In this document: in pieces, positions 28,143 to 38,502 of the stretch
Layout: every line of letters starts with the position of its first letter
Numbering within the stretch: position 1 is the stretch's first letter
Notes under the pieces: generated by a model
The model's database searches: none
The model's input: only the letters and a program-made list of their open reading frames with translations
What the model was told of the DNA's origin: nothing
Assembly: GCA_964548315.1 (NCBI GenBank)
Contig: CAZJRU010000001.1
Span: 1-46,020, forward strand
Direction: 5' to 3'
DNA length: 46,020 nt
Origin: an uncultured Hellea sp.
Lineage (GTDB): Bacteria > Pseudomonadota > Alphaproteobacteria > Caulobacterales > Maricaulaceae
Translations under genes and position numbers: made by a program

Positions 28143-28738
28143 TGGGGCCAAAAATTATTCTAGCGTCAGGGAGCCTAATTAGGCGAGAGCTGATGGCTAA
28201 CGCAGGTATAGAGTTTGACGTGATTACAAAAGCTGTTGATGAAGCGGCTATTAAGTCGTCCTTATTAAATGAAGGGGTTTCCGTAAGAAATATAGCTGAT
28301 GCCCTAGCAGAAGCTAAGTCAGTCCGCGTAAGTGCTCAAAACCCAGGGTTAGTTATCGGGGCGGATCAAATTATGACGATGGACGGAGAGCTTTATGATA
28401 AGCCAGTGTCGTTAGACGAGGCTAAAAAAAGGTTGATGATGATGAGGGGCAAAACCCATTATCTTATTGGGGCTGTGGTTATAAGTGAGGCCGGTCATGC
28501 GATTTGGAGATATATCTCGAAGACAAAGTTAGAAATGAGAGAATTTTCTGAAGAGTTTGTCGATGAATATCTGGAAGCCGAAGGAGAAACGGTGCTTCAG
28601 TCCGTTGGTGGTTACCGCTTTGAAGGTAGAGGGTCTCAATTGTTTTCAAAAGTTGACGGTGATTTCTTTTCTATCTTGGGGTTATCTCTTCTTCCGGTTT
28701 TAGATTTCCTACGTGAAAGAGGAGCCTTAGCGACATGA
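28142..28738 (+). CDS. Maf-family nucleotide pyrophosphatase (YceF-like residues)
   Basis: ILASGS..R, VDE, GADQ, KP, Y.FEG, ILGL. Confidence 0.92.
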   Translation: MGPKIILASGSLIRRELMANAGIEFDVITKAVDEAAIKSSLLNEGVSVRNIADALAEAKSVRVSAQNPGLVIGADQIMTMDGELYDKPVSLDEAKKRLMMMRGKTHYLIGAVVISEAGHAIWRYISKTKLEMREFSEEFVDEYLEAEGETVLQSVGGYRFEGRGSQLFSKVDGDFFSILGLSLLPVLDFLRERGALAT

Positions 28739-29583
28739 GCGGTGTCATGAAACTCGCGGGAGTATGCGGCTGGCCGATTCATCATTCCTTGTCTCCAACG
28801 ATTCATAATTTTTGGCTCAAAGCTCTAGGGATAAAGGGCGCTTATGTGCGTTTCGCTGTAAGGCCAGACAACGCGGTAAAAGCATTTGAGAGTTTGAAAC
28901 AGACATCAATTACGGGTGTAAATGTCACCTTACCTTTAAAGTCATTAGCGTTTCAATCAGCCGATGAGCATAGTTCTGACGCGCTTAAACTAGGTGTTGC
29001 AAATTGCTTGTACAAAAAGTCGGGGCTTTTGATTGCGCATAACACAGATATGGAAGGTTTTGCCGCGCCTTTAATAAAGCGAGTTGGGGGGAGCAGTCTT
29101 GCCAATATGTCCGCGCTTGTGATTGGGACGGGCGGAGCCGCTAAAGCTGTTATAGGGGCGCTGCTATCACTTAACGTTCCAGAAATTAGGATTTGTGGCC
29201 GAAATGATCAATCCTCGGAAATTATAGCGGCCTCTGCAAATGTACCCAGCATATATAATATACCGTGGGAACAACGTGAGCTCGCGTTAAGCAATTCGGG
29301 GCTTATTGTTAACGCAAGCGCGGGGGGTATGGGCGGAAAAAACCCTCTGGATTTAGATCTGTCTGGGATTAAACAAAGCTGCTTTGTTTATGACCTTATT
29401 TATACCCCGCGCGAAACTGAGTTTTTAAAAAATGCGAAAGCGATGGGATGTGAGACCTTAGGGGGTCTGGAAATGTTGATAGCTCAGGCGAGACCGTCTT
29501 TTAAATATTTTTACGGGCAATTGCCTGACGAAAGCCTAGACCCGACCGAAGTACTCTTGAATGAACTTGGGGCCAAAGCGTGA
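28735..29583 (+). CDS. aroE: Shikimate dehydrogenase
   Basis: G.PI.HSLSP, NVTLPLK, NTD, GTGGAA, DLIYTP, GLEML..QA. Confidence 0.95.
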   Translation: MSGVMKLAGVCGWPIHHSLSPTIHNFWLKALGIKGAYVRFAVRPDNAVKAFESLKQTSITGVNVTLPLKSLAFQSADEHSSDALKLGVANCLYKKSGLLIAHNTDMEGFAAPLIKRVGGSSLANMSALVIGTGGAAKAVIGALLSLNVPEIRICGRNDQSSEIIAASANVPSIYNIPWEQRELALSNSGLIVNASAGGMGGKNPLDLDLSGIKQSCFVYDLIYTPRETEFLKNAKAMGCETLGGLEMLIAQARPSFKYFYGQLPDESLDPTEVLLNELGAKA

Positions 29584-30179
29584 TAACCATTGGCCTTACG
29601 GGGTCGATCGGGATGGGCAAATCAACAACGGCAGCCATGTTTAAAGAGGCTGGCTGCCCAGTATTTGATGCAGATAGAGCCGTTCACGATCTTTATGAAA
29701 AAGGCGGAGAGGCCGTTCCAATTATTAGGGCTGTATTTCCCGACGCTATTAAAGAAGGCGCAATAGATAGAGGCGTTCTGGGCAGATATATGCGTGAAGA
29801 CCCTATTCAGCTTGAGGTTTTGGAGAGCTTTATTCATCCTCTCGTCGGCAATAAAAGGACACAGTTTTTTGAGGATAATAAAGCGGCTGATATAACCATA
29901 TTAGATGTTCCCCTGTTATTTGAAACAGGGCTAGATAAATTTGTAGATCATATTGTTGTCGTCACCGCGCCAGCAAAGATACAGCGCGCGAGAGTTTTAT
30001 CCCGCGAGGGTATGACAGAAGAGCTATTTAAAGTTCTACTATCTAAACAAATGCCTGACGCAATAAAAAGAAAACGTGCTGATACACTTATTTTTACTGA
30101 TATGGGGCTAGAAAATGCGAGAGAACAGGTTCATTCCCTATTGAGAAAAATACGGGATAAAGCATTACATGAGCGGTAA
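29580..30179 (+). CDS. coaE: Dephospho-CoA kinase
   Basis: GLTGSIGMGKST, DAD, HP, DVPLLFE. Confidence 0.97.
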   Translation: MITIGLTGSIGMGKSTTAAMFKEAGCPVFDADRAVHDLYEKGGEAVPIIRAVFPDAIKEGAIDRGVLGRYMREDPIQLEVLESFIHPLVGNKRTQFFEDNKAADITILDVPLLFETGLDKFVDHIVVVTAPAKIQRARVLSREGMTEELFKVLLSKQMPDAIKRKRADTLIFTDMGLENAREQVHSLLRKIRDKALHER

Positions 30180-30888
30180 AAGGGAAATAGTATTTGATAC
30201 GGAAACCACCGGCTTTGATGCCAAGGGTGATGACCGGATAACGGAAATTGGCTGTGTTGAAATCATAGACTTCCTGCCGACCGGTAAACAGTTTCATGCT
30301 TATATTAACCCTCGCAGAACTGTTCCAGAGAAAGTCACGGAAATTACGGGATTGACGCAAGAGTTCCTGATTGAAAATGGCGTTTTTTTCGAAGACGCCG
30401 CGCAGGGCTTTTTGGATTTTATTGGGGATAGCCAATTAGTGGCCCATAATGCGGATTTTGATCGGGGCTTTGTGAATGCGGAGTTGGACCGCGCGGGCTT
30501 TACGCCAATATTAAGAAACCGCTTTACTGACACATTGCAGATTGCGCGCGAAAAGTTTCCGGGTTCACCAGCGTCTCTTGATGCCCTTTGTAAACGCTTC
30601 GGCGTATCATTATCCTCTCGCAATAAACATGGGGCGATAATTGACTCTGAATTATTGGCTGAAGTTTATTTGCAGTTAAACGGGGGGCGGGCGCGTTCAT
30701 TAGGACTTGAAGTCAATAGTGTAAGTTCGTCAAATATAAAGGCCTTAACGCAATACAAACCCCGGCCTACACAGTTGCAGTCTTTGTTGTCAGAAGAGGA
30801 ACTCAAATCCCACCAAAATTTTATTGCGTCTTTGGGCGATGACATGATTTGGAATCGGTATTGGCGTCGAGCTTCGCCTCATTCTTAG
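30169..30888 (+). CDS. dnaQ: DNA polymerase III epsilon subunit
   Basis: DTETTG, AHNADFD, SLDALC, HGAIIDSELL. The usual 'HG' after 'ITG' position reads ITGLT. Confidence 0.97.
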   Translation: MSGKREIVFDTETTGFDAKGDDRITEIGCVEIIDFLPTGKQFHAYINPRRTVPEKVTEITGLTQEFLIENGVFFEDAAQGFLDFIGDSQLVAHNADFDRGFVNAELDRAGFTPILRNRFTDTLQIAREKFPGSPASLDALCKRFGVSLSSRNKHGAIIDSELLAEVYLQLNGGRARSLGLEVNSVSSSNIKALTQYKPRPTQLQSLLSEEELKSHQNFIASLGDDMIWNRYWRRASPHS

Positions 30889-31733
30889 GAACCCATACAG
30901 TCTATGTAGGCTTGGCGGTTACCCCGCGTTAATCCGGTTATAGGCCGATGTTCTGTGGCGTAATCGGTCACGAGAACATCTGCGATTCGCGCTTTGCTCT
31001 CGCTCCATTCGTGACCGATCTTTCCTAAAATAGGAATATTATTTTCATTAAGGCGCCGGATTAATGTCGTGTCATTCATCCCCTTGCTAACCCATGCCGC
31101 TGCTTGGCCTGGCGGGTACCCTAACGCGTCACGCGATTTTTGGGTGGAAATTGAAATGAGCATCTCTGGCGCTAGCCGAGAAAGTTTTTTAGCCTGTCCC
31201 GGATTATAAGAAATGAGGATGACCTGTTTGCTCATCTCGAGCTTCCGAATGAGGTCGATCACATAATTATAGTTCGCGCTACTTTTAAAATCGATTTCAA
31301 GATAAGCGCGGTCTTTGGCTGCTATAAGGTAATCTTCAAGCTTTGGGATACGTTGTGAGGTAAACCTTGACTGCGTATCTTTTAAAATAAATTTGCTGGC
31401 TTCGTCCCAGCTTGTCGCTGCGACAACCCCCTTACCTGTCGAGCCCTCTTCCCAAACACCGTCATGAAATAAAATATGCGTATTGTCCTTAAGGCGAGAG
31501 ACATCAATTTCGGACATGAGATATCCTTTGTCTAAAAGATAATTAAGGCCTTCAATGGAGTTTTCAGCATAGGAGGTTCCTCTTGAGGTTCCGCGGTGCG
31601 CTGAAATAAGAGCGGCTTCTTTGGGCAAGCAGCTAAGTTGTTTGGTTAAAGGCGGTAAGGGGCCGTCCAGCTTTGGCGGCTGAACACCACAGGCAATCAA
31701 TAATAAAGGCAGGAGATAAGTCAGATAACGCAT
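30885..31733 (-). CDS. Glycerophosphodiester phosphodiesterase family lipoprotein
   Basis: MRYLTYLLPLLLIAC lipoprotein signal; SAHRG, AENS, EIDV, LFHD, EIDFK, VTD. Confidence 0.88.
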   Translation of the reverse strand: MRYLTYLLPLLLIACGVQPPKLDGPLPPLTKQLSCLPKEAALISAHRGTSRGTSYAENSIEGLNYLLDKGYLMSEIDVSRLKDNTHILFHDGVWEEGSTGKGVVAATSWDEASKFILKDTQSRFTSQRIPKLEDYLIAAKDRAYLEIDFKSSANYNYVIDLIRKLEMSKQVILISYNPGQAKKLSRLAPEMLISISTQKSRDALGYPPGQAAAWVSKGMNDTTLIRRLNENNIPILGKIGHEWSESKARIADVLVTDYATEHRPITGLTRGNRQAYIDCMGS

Positions 31734-31785
31734 TGGTCTTATCTTATCAGGCTTTCCATAAACAAAAAGGGGAGATAAAGGCACT

Positions 31786-33123
31786 ATGATGGCTTTATCT
31801 CGTGATACAATTTTTTCCCTAAGTTCGGCGCCTGGCCGTGCCGGTGTGTCCGTTTTTCGGGTCAGCGGGGAAGCGTCGGGGAAGGTTTTAGATAGCCTTA
31901 TAAAAAAAGCACGTCCGTTGCCACGTTATGCGAGCTTGAAAAAATTATATGATGGCGACGGTATGATTGATGAGGCGCTTGTTTTGTGGATGCCTGCGCC
32001 CAAAAGCTTTACAGGGCAAGACTGCGTGGAGTTTCATGTTCACGGCAGCCCGGCGGTAATAGAAGCGCTTGCGATGGCTTTATTGCAAAGGAATTGTCGT
32101 CAAGCAGAGGCGGGGGAATTTACGCGCCGCGCTGTTGAGAACAATAAAATGGATTTAACAGAAGCTGAAGGCTTGGCCGATCTGATTGACGCGGAGACGC
32201 AAGGCCAGCGCAAACAAGCCATGCGGCAAATGCAAGGCGGATTGCGTGACTTATATAATGCATGGCGGGAGAGTCTTTTAGACGCCTTAGCACAGATTGA
32301 AGGGGAAATTGATTTTCCTGATGAAGGGGATATCCCCGACAGCCTGTCTCATAAAGCTTACCCGTACTTAAATGATGTCATGGTTTCCATGCAAAAAAGT
32401 TTGTTGGGCGCTCACCGGGGAGAACGCGTGAGGTCTGGATTGGATATTACGATAATTGGGGCCCCAAACTCCGGAAAATCGAGTATTATCAATTACTTAG
32501 CGGATAGAGACGCTGCAATTATATCTGATATTGCGGGAACAACACGTGATATTATTGATGTACAGCTGAACTTGGGCGGACTACCTGTGCGGTTGTCAGA
32601 TACGGCGGGGCTTCGCGACACAAGTGACGTTATAGAGGCTGAAGGTGTCAGGCGCGCGAAAGTAAGGGCGCAAGAGAGCGATATCCGCGTTTATGTACAG
32701 GACAGCACGAAGGCCGGTTGGGATATGACGGCTTTATCTAAATTATCTGAGTTAGATTTCGTTCTCGTGAATAAGGTTGATCTTGGGACTTTACCCGTGC
32801 CCCCTGCCCTCAGGCCTAAGCATTATTATGTTAGCGCGGTGACGGGTGAAAACCTTGAGGCGTTTCGGGATGAATTAGAACGGCGCGTCATTGAGATGTT
32901 TAGTCCAAGCCAAGACGCTGGCCTCACGAGAGCCCGGCATCGTGATTGCGTTGAGCGAGCAAATCAAGCGTTAGGTTATGCTCTAACGCACCTAGCTGAC
33001 GCGCCTGAACTTGCGGGTGATGATATTCGAACCGCCTTGACGGCCTTGAAGGAATTGGCGGGAGAGGTTGATATTGAAGCAGTTTTTGATCGGATATTTT
33101 CCAGATTTTGTGTTGGGAAGTAA
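31786..33123 (+). CDS. mnmE: tRNA modification GTPase MnmE
   Basis: SFTGQD, HGS, GEFTRRA, GAPNSGKS, GTTRD, DTAGLR, NKVD, C-terminal FCVGK. Confidence 0.98.
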   Translation: MMALSRDTIFSLSSAPGRAGVSVFRVSGEASGKVLDSLIKKARPLPRYASLKKLYDGDGMIDEALVLWMPAPKSFTGQDCVEFHVHGSPAVIEALAMALLQRNCRQAEAGEFTRRAVENNKMDLTEAEGLADLIDAETQGQRKQAMRQMQGGLRDLYNAWRESLLDALAQIEGEIDFPDEGDIPDSLSHKAYPYLNDVMVSMQKSLLGAHRGERVRSGLDITIIGAPNSGKSSIINYLADRDAAIISDIAGTTRDIIDVQLNLGGLPVRLSDTAGLRDTSDVIEAEGVRRAKVRAQESDIRVYVQDSTKAGWDMTALSKLSELDFVLVNKVDLGTLPVPPALRPKHYYVSAVTGENLEAFRDELERRVIEMFSPSQDAGLTRARHRDCVERANQALGYALTHLADAPELAGDDIRTALTALKELAGEVDIEAVFDRIFSRFCVGK

Positions 33124-33139
33124 TGTTTCACGTGAAACA
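33124..33139. promoter_or_regulatory. parS centromere site 1
   Basis: Perfect palindrome TGTTTCACGTGAAACA directly after the mnmE stop. Confidence 0.95.
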
Positions 33140-33228
33140 TCTATCATGTTTCATGTCATTAACTGAACTATCGACATAATAACCTGGCAGCGCTATAGGC
33201 GCGCACAGTGTAATTAATCAACGAATTA

Positions 33229-33244
33229 TGTTTCACGTGAAACA
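33229..33244. promoter_or_regulatory. parS centromere site 2
   Basis: Perfect TGTTTCACGTGAAACA (palindrome extends to 20 bp, 33227-33246) just upstream of the mnmG SD. Confidence 0.95.
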
Positions 33245-33256
33245 TATGGAGCAGAT

Positions 33257-35119
33257 ATGCCAAAGACATGGGATGTCATAGTTATAGGCGGGGGCCACGC
33301 GGGGTGTGACGCTGCGGCCGCGTCTGCGCGTCTGGGCGCAAAGACGCTATTGCTGACCCATAAACTTGGCTCTATCGGTGAAATGTCATGTAATCCAGCA
33401 ATTGGGGGGCTTGGCAAAGGCCACCTTGTTCGAGAAATAGACGCCTTAGATGGTGTTATGGCGCGGGTTGCTGATGCATCAGGTATACAGTTTCGTCTGT
33501 TAAATAGATCTAAAGGTCCTGCCGTAAGAGGGCCAAGAACCCAATCAGACCGCTGGCTTTATAAGCAATCAATGCAAGCTATTCTAAGTGAGTATGATAA
33601 TTTGACGCTTAAGGCAGCCTCTGTCGATGATCTGATTGTCAAAAACGACAGAGTCATTGGGGTTACGGACGCAGACGGCGAAGACTATTTTTCCGAACGG
33701 GTTATTCTGACAACAGGAACCTTCTTAAGAGGGGAGATACATATTGGGCATGAGCGCACGCCTGCGGGTAGATATGGAGACGCGCCAGCTATTGGGCTGG
33801 CTGATAGACTATATGGCCTAGGCTTTAAAATTGCGCGGCTCAAGACCGGGACGCCGGCCCGCATATCCAAGGCATCAATTGATTGGGAGGCGCTTGAGAA
33901 ACAAGACGCTGATGATCTGCCTGTCCCCTTTTCATTTCTCACAGATAAAATAACTGTTCCTCAAGTTTCCTGCGCGATTACACATACAAATGAAGAAACG
34001 CATCGCGTTATAAGTGAAAATATAAAGAAATCAGCACTTTACGGCGGCGGAATTTCTGGAAAAGGGCCGCGTTATTGCCCTTCAGTAGAAGATAAGGTTG
34101 TCAGGTTTGCGGATCGTAACCGCCATCAAATTTTCTTAGAGCCTGAAGGTTTAGAGGGTAATCCTGACGGAGACACGGTCTATCCAAATGGCATTTCTAC
34201 ATCTCTTCCAGAAAATGTTCAGGATGCTTTTATGCGCACAATCAAAGGATTGGAGAACATCAAGGTCAAGCGTTATGGTTATGCGATAGAATATGATTAT
34301 GTTGACCCTCGAGAGTTAAGGGTAACTTTGGAAACGCGCCGCTTGCCTGGCTTATATTTAGCTGGCCAAATCAATGGGACAACGGGGTATGAAGAAGCCG
34401 CAGCCCAGGGCGTTATTGCTGGGTTTAACGCCGCTCTTGCGGCCGCGGGGTCTGAGCCCTTCATCTTAGACCGTAGCCAAGCTTATATCGGCGTGATGAT
34501 TGATGACCTTATTACAAAGGGCGTTACAGAGCCCTACCGCATGTTTACAAGCCGCGCGGAGTATAGGCTGCTATTGAGGGCGGATAATGCAGATCAACGC
34601 CTCACGGAGCTTGGTATGGCTATTGGCGCTATCGGGACAGAGAGAGCTGCGTCTTACGCTATTAAAAAGGAAAACCTCCAAAAAGCCAAGGTTTTAGGGG
34701 CTGAGCTGCAAGACACCCCCAATAATTTAAAGAAAAAAGGCCTCAAAGTTAATCAAGACGGGGTAAAACGCAGCGTCTTGGATTTATTAGCCTATCCGAA
34801 CATTGGGATTGAAGATCTGGAACCAATTTGGCTCGAGCTCACGGATTTACCGAAATACGCGAAGGAGTATCTTGAAACAGAAGCGCTTTATTCGGGGTAC
34901 ATTGAACGTCAGGCCAGAGATATCGCCGCATTTCAAAGAGATGAGGGATTACGTATCCCAGAGGGACTAAATTATTCTGGCATTGGAGGCCTCTCCAATG
35001 AGGTGAGGAGCAAGCTAGAAAACGTGCGTCCTGCAACACTTGGCCAGGCTGCGCGTATAGAAGGCGTTACGCCCGGCGCTTTAACGGCGGTTTTAGCTCA
35101 CCTCCGAAAAGCGGGTTAA
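33257..35119 (+). CDS. mnmG: tRNA uridine 5-carboxymethylaminomethyl modification enzyme MnmG (GidA)
   Basis: [57 protein letters not shown]. Confidence 0.99.
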   Translation: MPKTWDVIVIGGGHAGCDAAAASARLGAKTLLLTHKLGSIGEMSCNPAIGGLGKGHLVREIDALDGVMARVADASGIQFRLLNRSKGPAVRGPRTQSDRWLYKQSMQAILSEYDNLTLKAASVDDLIVKNDRVIGVTDADGEDYFSERVILTTGTFLRGEIHIGHERTPAGRYGDAPAIGLADRLYGLGFKIARLKTGTPARISKASIDWEALEKQDADDLPVPFSFLTDKITVPQVSCAITHTNEETHRVISENIKKSALYGGGISGKGPRYCPSVEDKVVRFADRNRHQIFLEPEGLEGNPDGDTVYPNGISTSLPENVQDAFMRTIKGLENIKVKRYGYAIEYDYVDPRELRVTLETRRLPGLYLAGQINGTTGYEEAAAQGVIAGFNAALAAAGSEPFILDRSQAYIGVMIDDLITKGVTEPYRMFTSRAEYRLLLRADNADQRLTELGMAIGAIGTERAASYAIKKENLQKAKVLGAELQDTPNNLKKKGLKVNQDGVKRSVLDLLAYPNIGIEDLEPIWLELTDLPKYAKEYLETEALYSGYIERQARDIAAFQRDEGLRIPEGLNYSGIGGLSNEVRSKLENVRPATLGQAARIEGVTPGALTAVLAHLRKAG

Positions 35120-35745
35120 TGCCCTATTCGGAAGCGGATTTCCTGCGGGATACAAATGTTTCACGTGAAACAATGCTGGATTATCAACGGTGGTATCAGC
35201 TTTTGTTAAAGTGGAATAAGAAAATCAATCTCGTATCCATGTCGGACTTGGAAGACTTTTGGCTCAGGCATGCTTTAGATAGCTGGCAAATTACGCAGTT
35301 TGTTCCCAAAACTGCTAAAGCCTATATTGATTTAGGATCAGGGGCGGGGTTTCCCGGAATAGCTTTAGCGATTGCAGCAAAACAGAGAGCTGACGCTTAT
35401 CATGTCACTTTGGTAGAATCGGCTGGAAAGAAGACGAGTTTCTTAAAAGCCGTTATTCGAGAATTGGGCTTATCGGCCACTGCGACGTCAGAGCGTGCTG
35501 AAACAATAAACCCCGCCATTTATGATGTGATTAGCGCAAGAGCCTTTGCGCCACTTGATCGGCTTTTGAATTATGCACAGCCTTTTTGGGGGAATGATAC
35601 GATCGGCTTGTTTTTGAAGGGTCAGAATGTTGACCAAGAATTGACGCAGGCTAATAAAATATGGAATTATAACGTGGAAACAGCCCCAAGCCTGTCGTCT
35701 TCAACGGGACGCATTCTTAAAATCACAGACTTGACCCCAAGATAG
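35119..35745 (+). CDS. rsmG: 16S rRNA m7G527 methyltransferase RsmG (GidB)
   Basis: WNKKINL, RHALDS, DLGSGAGFPG, SARAFA, KG. Confidence 0.97.
   Translation: MPYSEADFLRDTNVSRETMLDYQRWYQLLLKWNKKINLVSMSDLEDFWLRHALDSWQITQFVPKTAKAYIDLGSGAGFPGIALAIAAKQRADAYHVTLVESAGKKTSFLKAVIRELGLSATATSERAETINPAIYDVISARAFAPLDRLLNYAQPFWGNDTIGLFLKGQNVDQELTQANKIWNYNVETAPSLSSSTGRILKITDLTPR
35157..35172. promoter_or_regulatory. parS centromere site 3, inside rsmG
   Basis: Perfect TGTTTCACGTGAAACA encoding (N)VSRET. Confidence 0.92.
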
Positions 35746-35756
35746 CCGGAGCATTG

Positions 35757-36539
35757 ATGCCCAATAAAACAAGAATTATCGCTGTCGTAAATCAAAAAGG
35801 CGGCGTTGGGAAAACTACATCAGCGATAAATCTAGCGGCGGCTCTGACTCTTAAGGGTAAAAAAGTCTTGCTCATAGATATGGACCCGCAAGGCAATGCC
35901 GCGACAGGCCTAGGAATTCCGAGGTCATCACGTGATATAACAATTTATGATATTTTGGTCGACGGCGCTAAGCTCTCAGAGGCGACCTTGGAAACCAGTG
36001 TACCGGGTTTAAATATTATTCCGTCTCATGCAGATCTTGCAGGCGCTGAAATTGAGATTGGGAATAGGGCAGGGCGCACAACGATTTTGCGTGAGGCCAT
36101 TGAAAATGACACAGCGCTCTATGATTATATTTTAGTGGATTGTCCGCCATCACTCAATTTGCTCACGGTGAATGCTTTGTCCGCGTCTCGCTCGGTATTG
36201 GTCCCGCTTCAATGTGAATTTTTTGCCCTAGAGGGATTAAGCCAACTTCTACAGACTATTGAAATGGCTAAGGCCCGCATCAATCCTGATCTTGTCATCG
36301 ATGGCGTTATGCTCACTATGTATGATCCGCGTAACCGCCTATCTGCGCAAGTGGCGGCGGATGTTCGAAAGCATTTGGGACGGGCCGTCTTTCAAACTAT
36401 CATTCCGCGTAACGTCCGAATTGCTGAGGCGCCTTCATTTGGGAAACCGGTTTTGATGTATGATCGAAATTGCGCGGGGTCTAAGGCTTACATGGCGTTA
36501 GCCAATGAAATGCTATCACGACATTCAAGAACAAACTAA
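35757..36539 (+). CDS. parA: Chromosome partitioning ATPase ParA
   Basis: NQKGGVGKTT, DMDPQGN, DCPPS, QCEFFALEG, IPRNVRIAEAPS. Confidence 0.98.
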   Translation: MPNKTRIIAVVNQKGGVGKTTSAINLAAALTLKGKKVLLIDMDPQGNAATGLGIPRSSRDITIYDILVDGAKLSEATLETSVPGLNIIPSHADLAGAEIEIGNRAGRTTILREAIENDTALYDYILVDCPPSLNLLTVNALSASRSVLVPLQCEFFALEGLSQLLQTIEMAKARINPDLVIDGVMLTMYDPRNRLSAQVAADVRKHLGRAVFQTIIPRNVRIAEAPSFGKPVLMYDRNCAGSKAYMALANEMLSRHSRTN

Positions 36540-36569
36540 ATTTATCATATATATCAATAGGTTAGAGAT

Positions 36570-37538
36570 ATGGTTAAGAAATCAGATAAGAAAATGAAGG
36601 AGCGGGGCCTAGGCCGAGGCCTGTCAGCCTTAATGTCGGATGTTAGCGTGTCTAATGTTTTAGATGACAATAAAAATAATGATCAAGAAGCTGCTGAGCC
36701 TATACCTAATCAAACAGTAGAGCCTTTGGTTTCCGATACACCGCGATCTAATGGTGTGACTTATGTCAGTATAGATCAACTTGAGCGCAATCCTGAACAA
36801 CCCCGTAAATATTTTGATGTTGAAAAACTCGAAGAGCTCACGCAATCCATTAAAGATAAGGGCGTTTTGCAGCCCATATTAGTTAGGCCATTATCCGAAC
36901 AAGGTAGCAGCAAAAAGGCCCGATACCAGATTGTTGCGGGTGAAAGGCGCTGGCAAGCGGCTTTGAAAGCGCAGCTTGACGCCATGCCTGTCCTTATTCG
37001 TAAATTATCGGATCAAGAAGTTTTAGAAATAGGCGTCGTTGAAAATGTACAGCGAGCTGATTTAAATCCGATTGAGGAAGCTCAAGCTTATAAGGCGTTA
37101 TCTGATCAATTTAAACGCACGCAGGAAGATATTGCGCGAGCGGTTGGGAAATCTCGTCCGCATGTTACAAATATGCTCCGTCTTTTAACATTGCCGGAGC
37201 GGGCTCAAACCTATCTTGCAAAAGGCCAAATAACCGCGGGACATGCCCGGGCAATCATTGCGGCTCCTGATCCCGCCGAACTCGCTGAGGCCATTGTTCA
37301 AAAGGGCTTATCGGTTAGGGAGGCCGAAGACTGGGTTCGCCGTATAAAAGCTGCAGATGACCAAAAAACAAAAATTCCTCACCGAAAAGATGCAGACACT
37401 CGTAACGTCGAAAATGAATTATCCGATATTCTTGGGTTAAAAACGGATTTAAGACACAAAGGACCAGGCGGGGAATTGCGCTTAAAATATAAAACTTCAG
37501 CTCAATTAGAACTGCTGATTAAGAAGCTAAAAATGTAG
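36570..37538 (+). CDS. parB: Chromosome partitioning protein ParB
   Basis: GLGRGLSAL, NPEQPRK, LQPILVR, AGERRWQA, ENVQRADL, HTH GKSRPHVTN. Confidence 0.98.
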   Translation: MVKKSDKKMKERGLGRGLSALMSDVSVSNVLDDNKNNDQEAAEPIPNQTVEPLVSDTPRSNGVTYVSIDQLERNPEQPRKYFDVEKLEELTQSIKDKGVLQPILVRPLSEQGSSKKARYQIVAGERRWQAALKAQLDAMPVLIRKLSDQEVLEIGVVENVQRADLNPIEEAQAYKALSDQFKRTQEDIARAVGKSRPHVTNMLRLLTLPERAQTYLAKGQITAGHARAIIAAPDPAELAEAIVQKGLSVREAEDWVRRIKAADDQKTKIPHRKDADTRNVENELSDILGLKTDLRHKGPGGELRLKYKTSAQLELLIKKLKM

Positions 37539-37617
37539 GTCTACGATAGCTATATTTTCTATCTTTTCTTTTTCATCCAAATCAGATTACAACCTTAGAA
37601 ACTTTATGGAGATTTAG

Positions 37618-38502
37618 GTGGCAGACCTATTTACAATCGAAGCCTTATTTACCCTATTTATGCTTATCTTGCTTCAAGCGGTGCTGGGGTTTGATAACCT
37701 TTTATATATCGCGATCGAAAGTAACAAAGTCGGCGATCCAAAAGACGCTAAAAAAGTTCGGCAATGGGGCATTGGCATCGCTGTTGTATTCCGGATTGTC
37801 CTTCTCTTTATAATTGTTGGGTTATTCGGTTATTTGGCGGAACCGCTTTTTAATGTTCATATCCAGAAATTCATCGAAGGTGAATTTACAATGCAGGCCC
37901 TTGTAACCTTGGTGGGCGGTGGGTTCATTATTTATACGGCTGTCAAAGAAATTCATCATTTGCTGGCGGTTGACCATATAGAACATTCGGAAGGATCGGG
38001 CAGACGTTCAGTCACTAAAGCGATTGCTTTAATTGTTTTAATGAATCTGGTTTTCTCAGTGGACTCTATATTATCAGCAATGGCGATTGCCTCCGAAAAA
38101 ACAGCGGATGGAACGGTAACCTATCAGGTTCCCCTCATGGTTATCGCCATTGTAATTTCAGGCCTAGCGATGATTTTTATGGCCGATGCCGTAACAGAAT
38201 TTTTGAAGAAAAACCGCATGTATGAAGTCCTTGGTTTGTTCATCTTATTTCTTGTCGGCGTATTATTAGTCACTGAAGGGGCTCATTTAGCTCATCTTAA
38301 ACTCTTTGGCTTCCCGATTGACGCAATGAGTAAATCAAGCTTCTATCTTGTTGTTGGGGTTTTGGTGATTACGGATATCCTATCTAATAAGTATCAGAAG
38401 CGGTTATGGGCCCAAAAAGAGGCCGAGATTCGCGGGACGTCTGAGACAGCTGGACTTGAGGCCGTAGACGCTTTCAAGAACAAGTCTAAAGCTAAACACT
38501 AA
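37618..38502 (+). CDS. TerC-family integral membrane protein
   Basis: VLGFDNL, MNLVFSVDSI; several TM helices; GTG start with SD GGAG. Confidence 0.9.
   Translation: MADLFTIEALFTLFMLILLQAVLGFDNLLYIAIESNKVGDPKDAKKVRQWGIGIAVVFRIVLLFIIVGLFGYLAEPLFNVHIQKFIEGEFTMQALVTLVGGGFIIYTAVKEIHHLLAVDHIEHSEGSGRRSVTKAIALIVLMNLVFSVDSILSAMAIASEKTADGTVTYQVPLMVIAIVISGLAMIFMADAVTEFLKKNRMYEVLGLFILFLVGVLLVTEGAHLAHLKLFGFPIDAMSKSSFYLVVGVLVITDILSNKYQKRLWAQKEAEIRGTSETAGLEAVDAFKNKSKAKH

Noticed and set aside
33147-33162. Degenerate parS-like TGTTTCATGTCATTAA; also TGTTCCATGTGACTTT at 27011 and the ATCACGTGAT core in parA
   Set aside because: Only half-site matches; cannot be supported without ParB ChIP.
33124-33244. Repeated 16-bp palindromes as a CRISPR or mobile-element repeat
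   Set aside because: They are canonical parS sites; there is no spacer array and no cas or transposase genes.
37539-37617. Possible yybP-ykoY (Mn) riboswitch before terC
   Set aside because: The gap is only 79 bp, T-rich, with no recognisable multi-stem structure.
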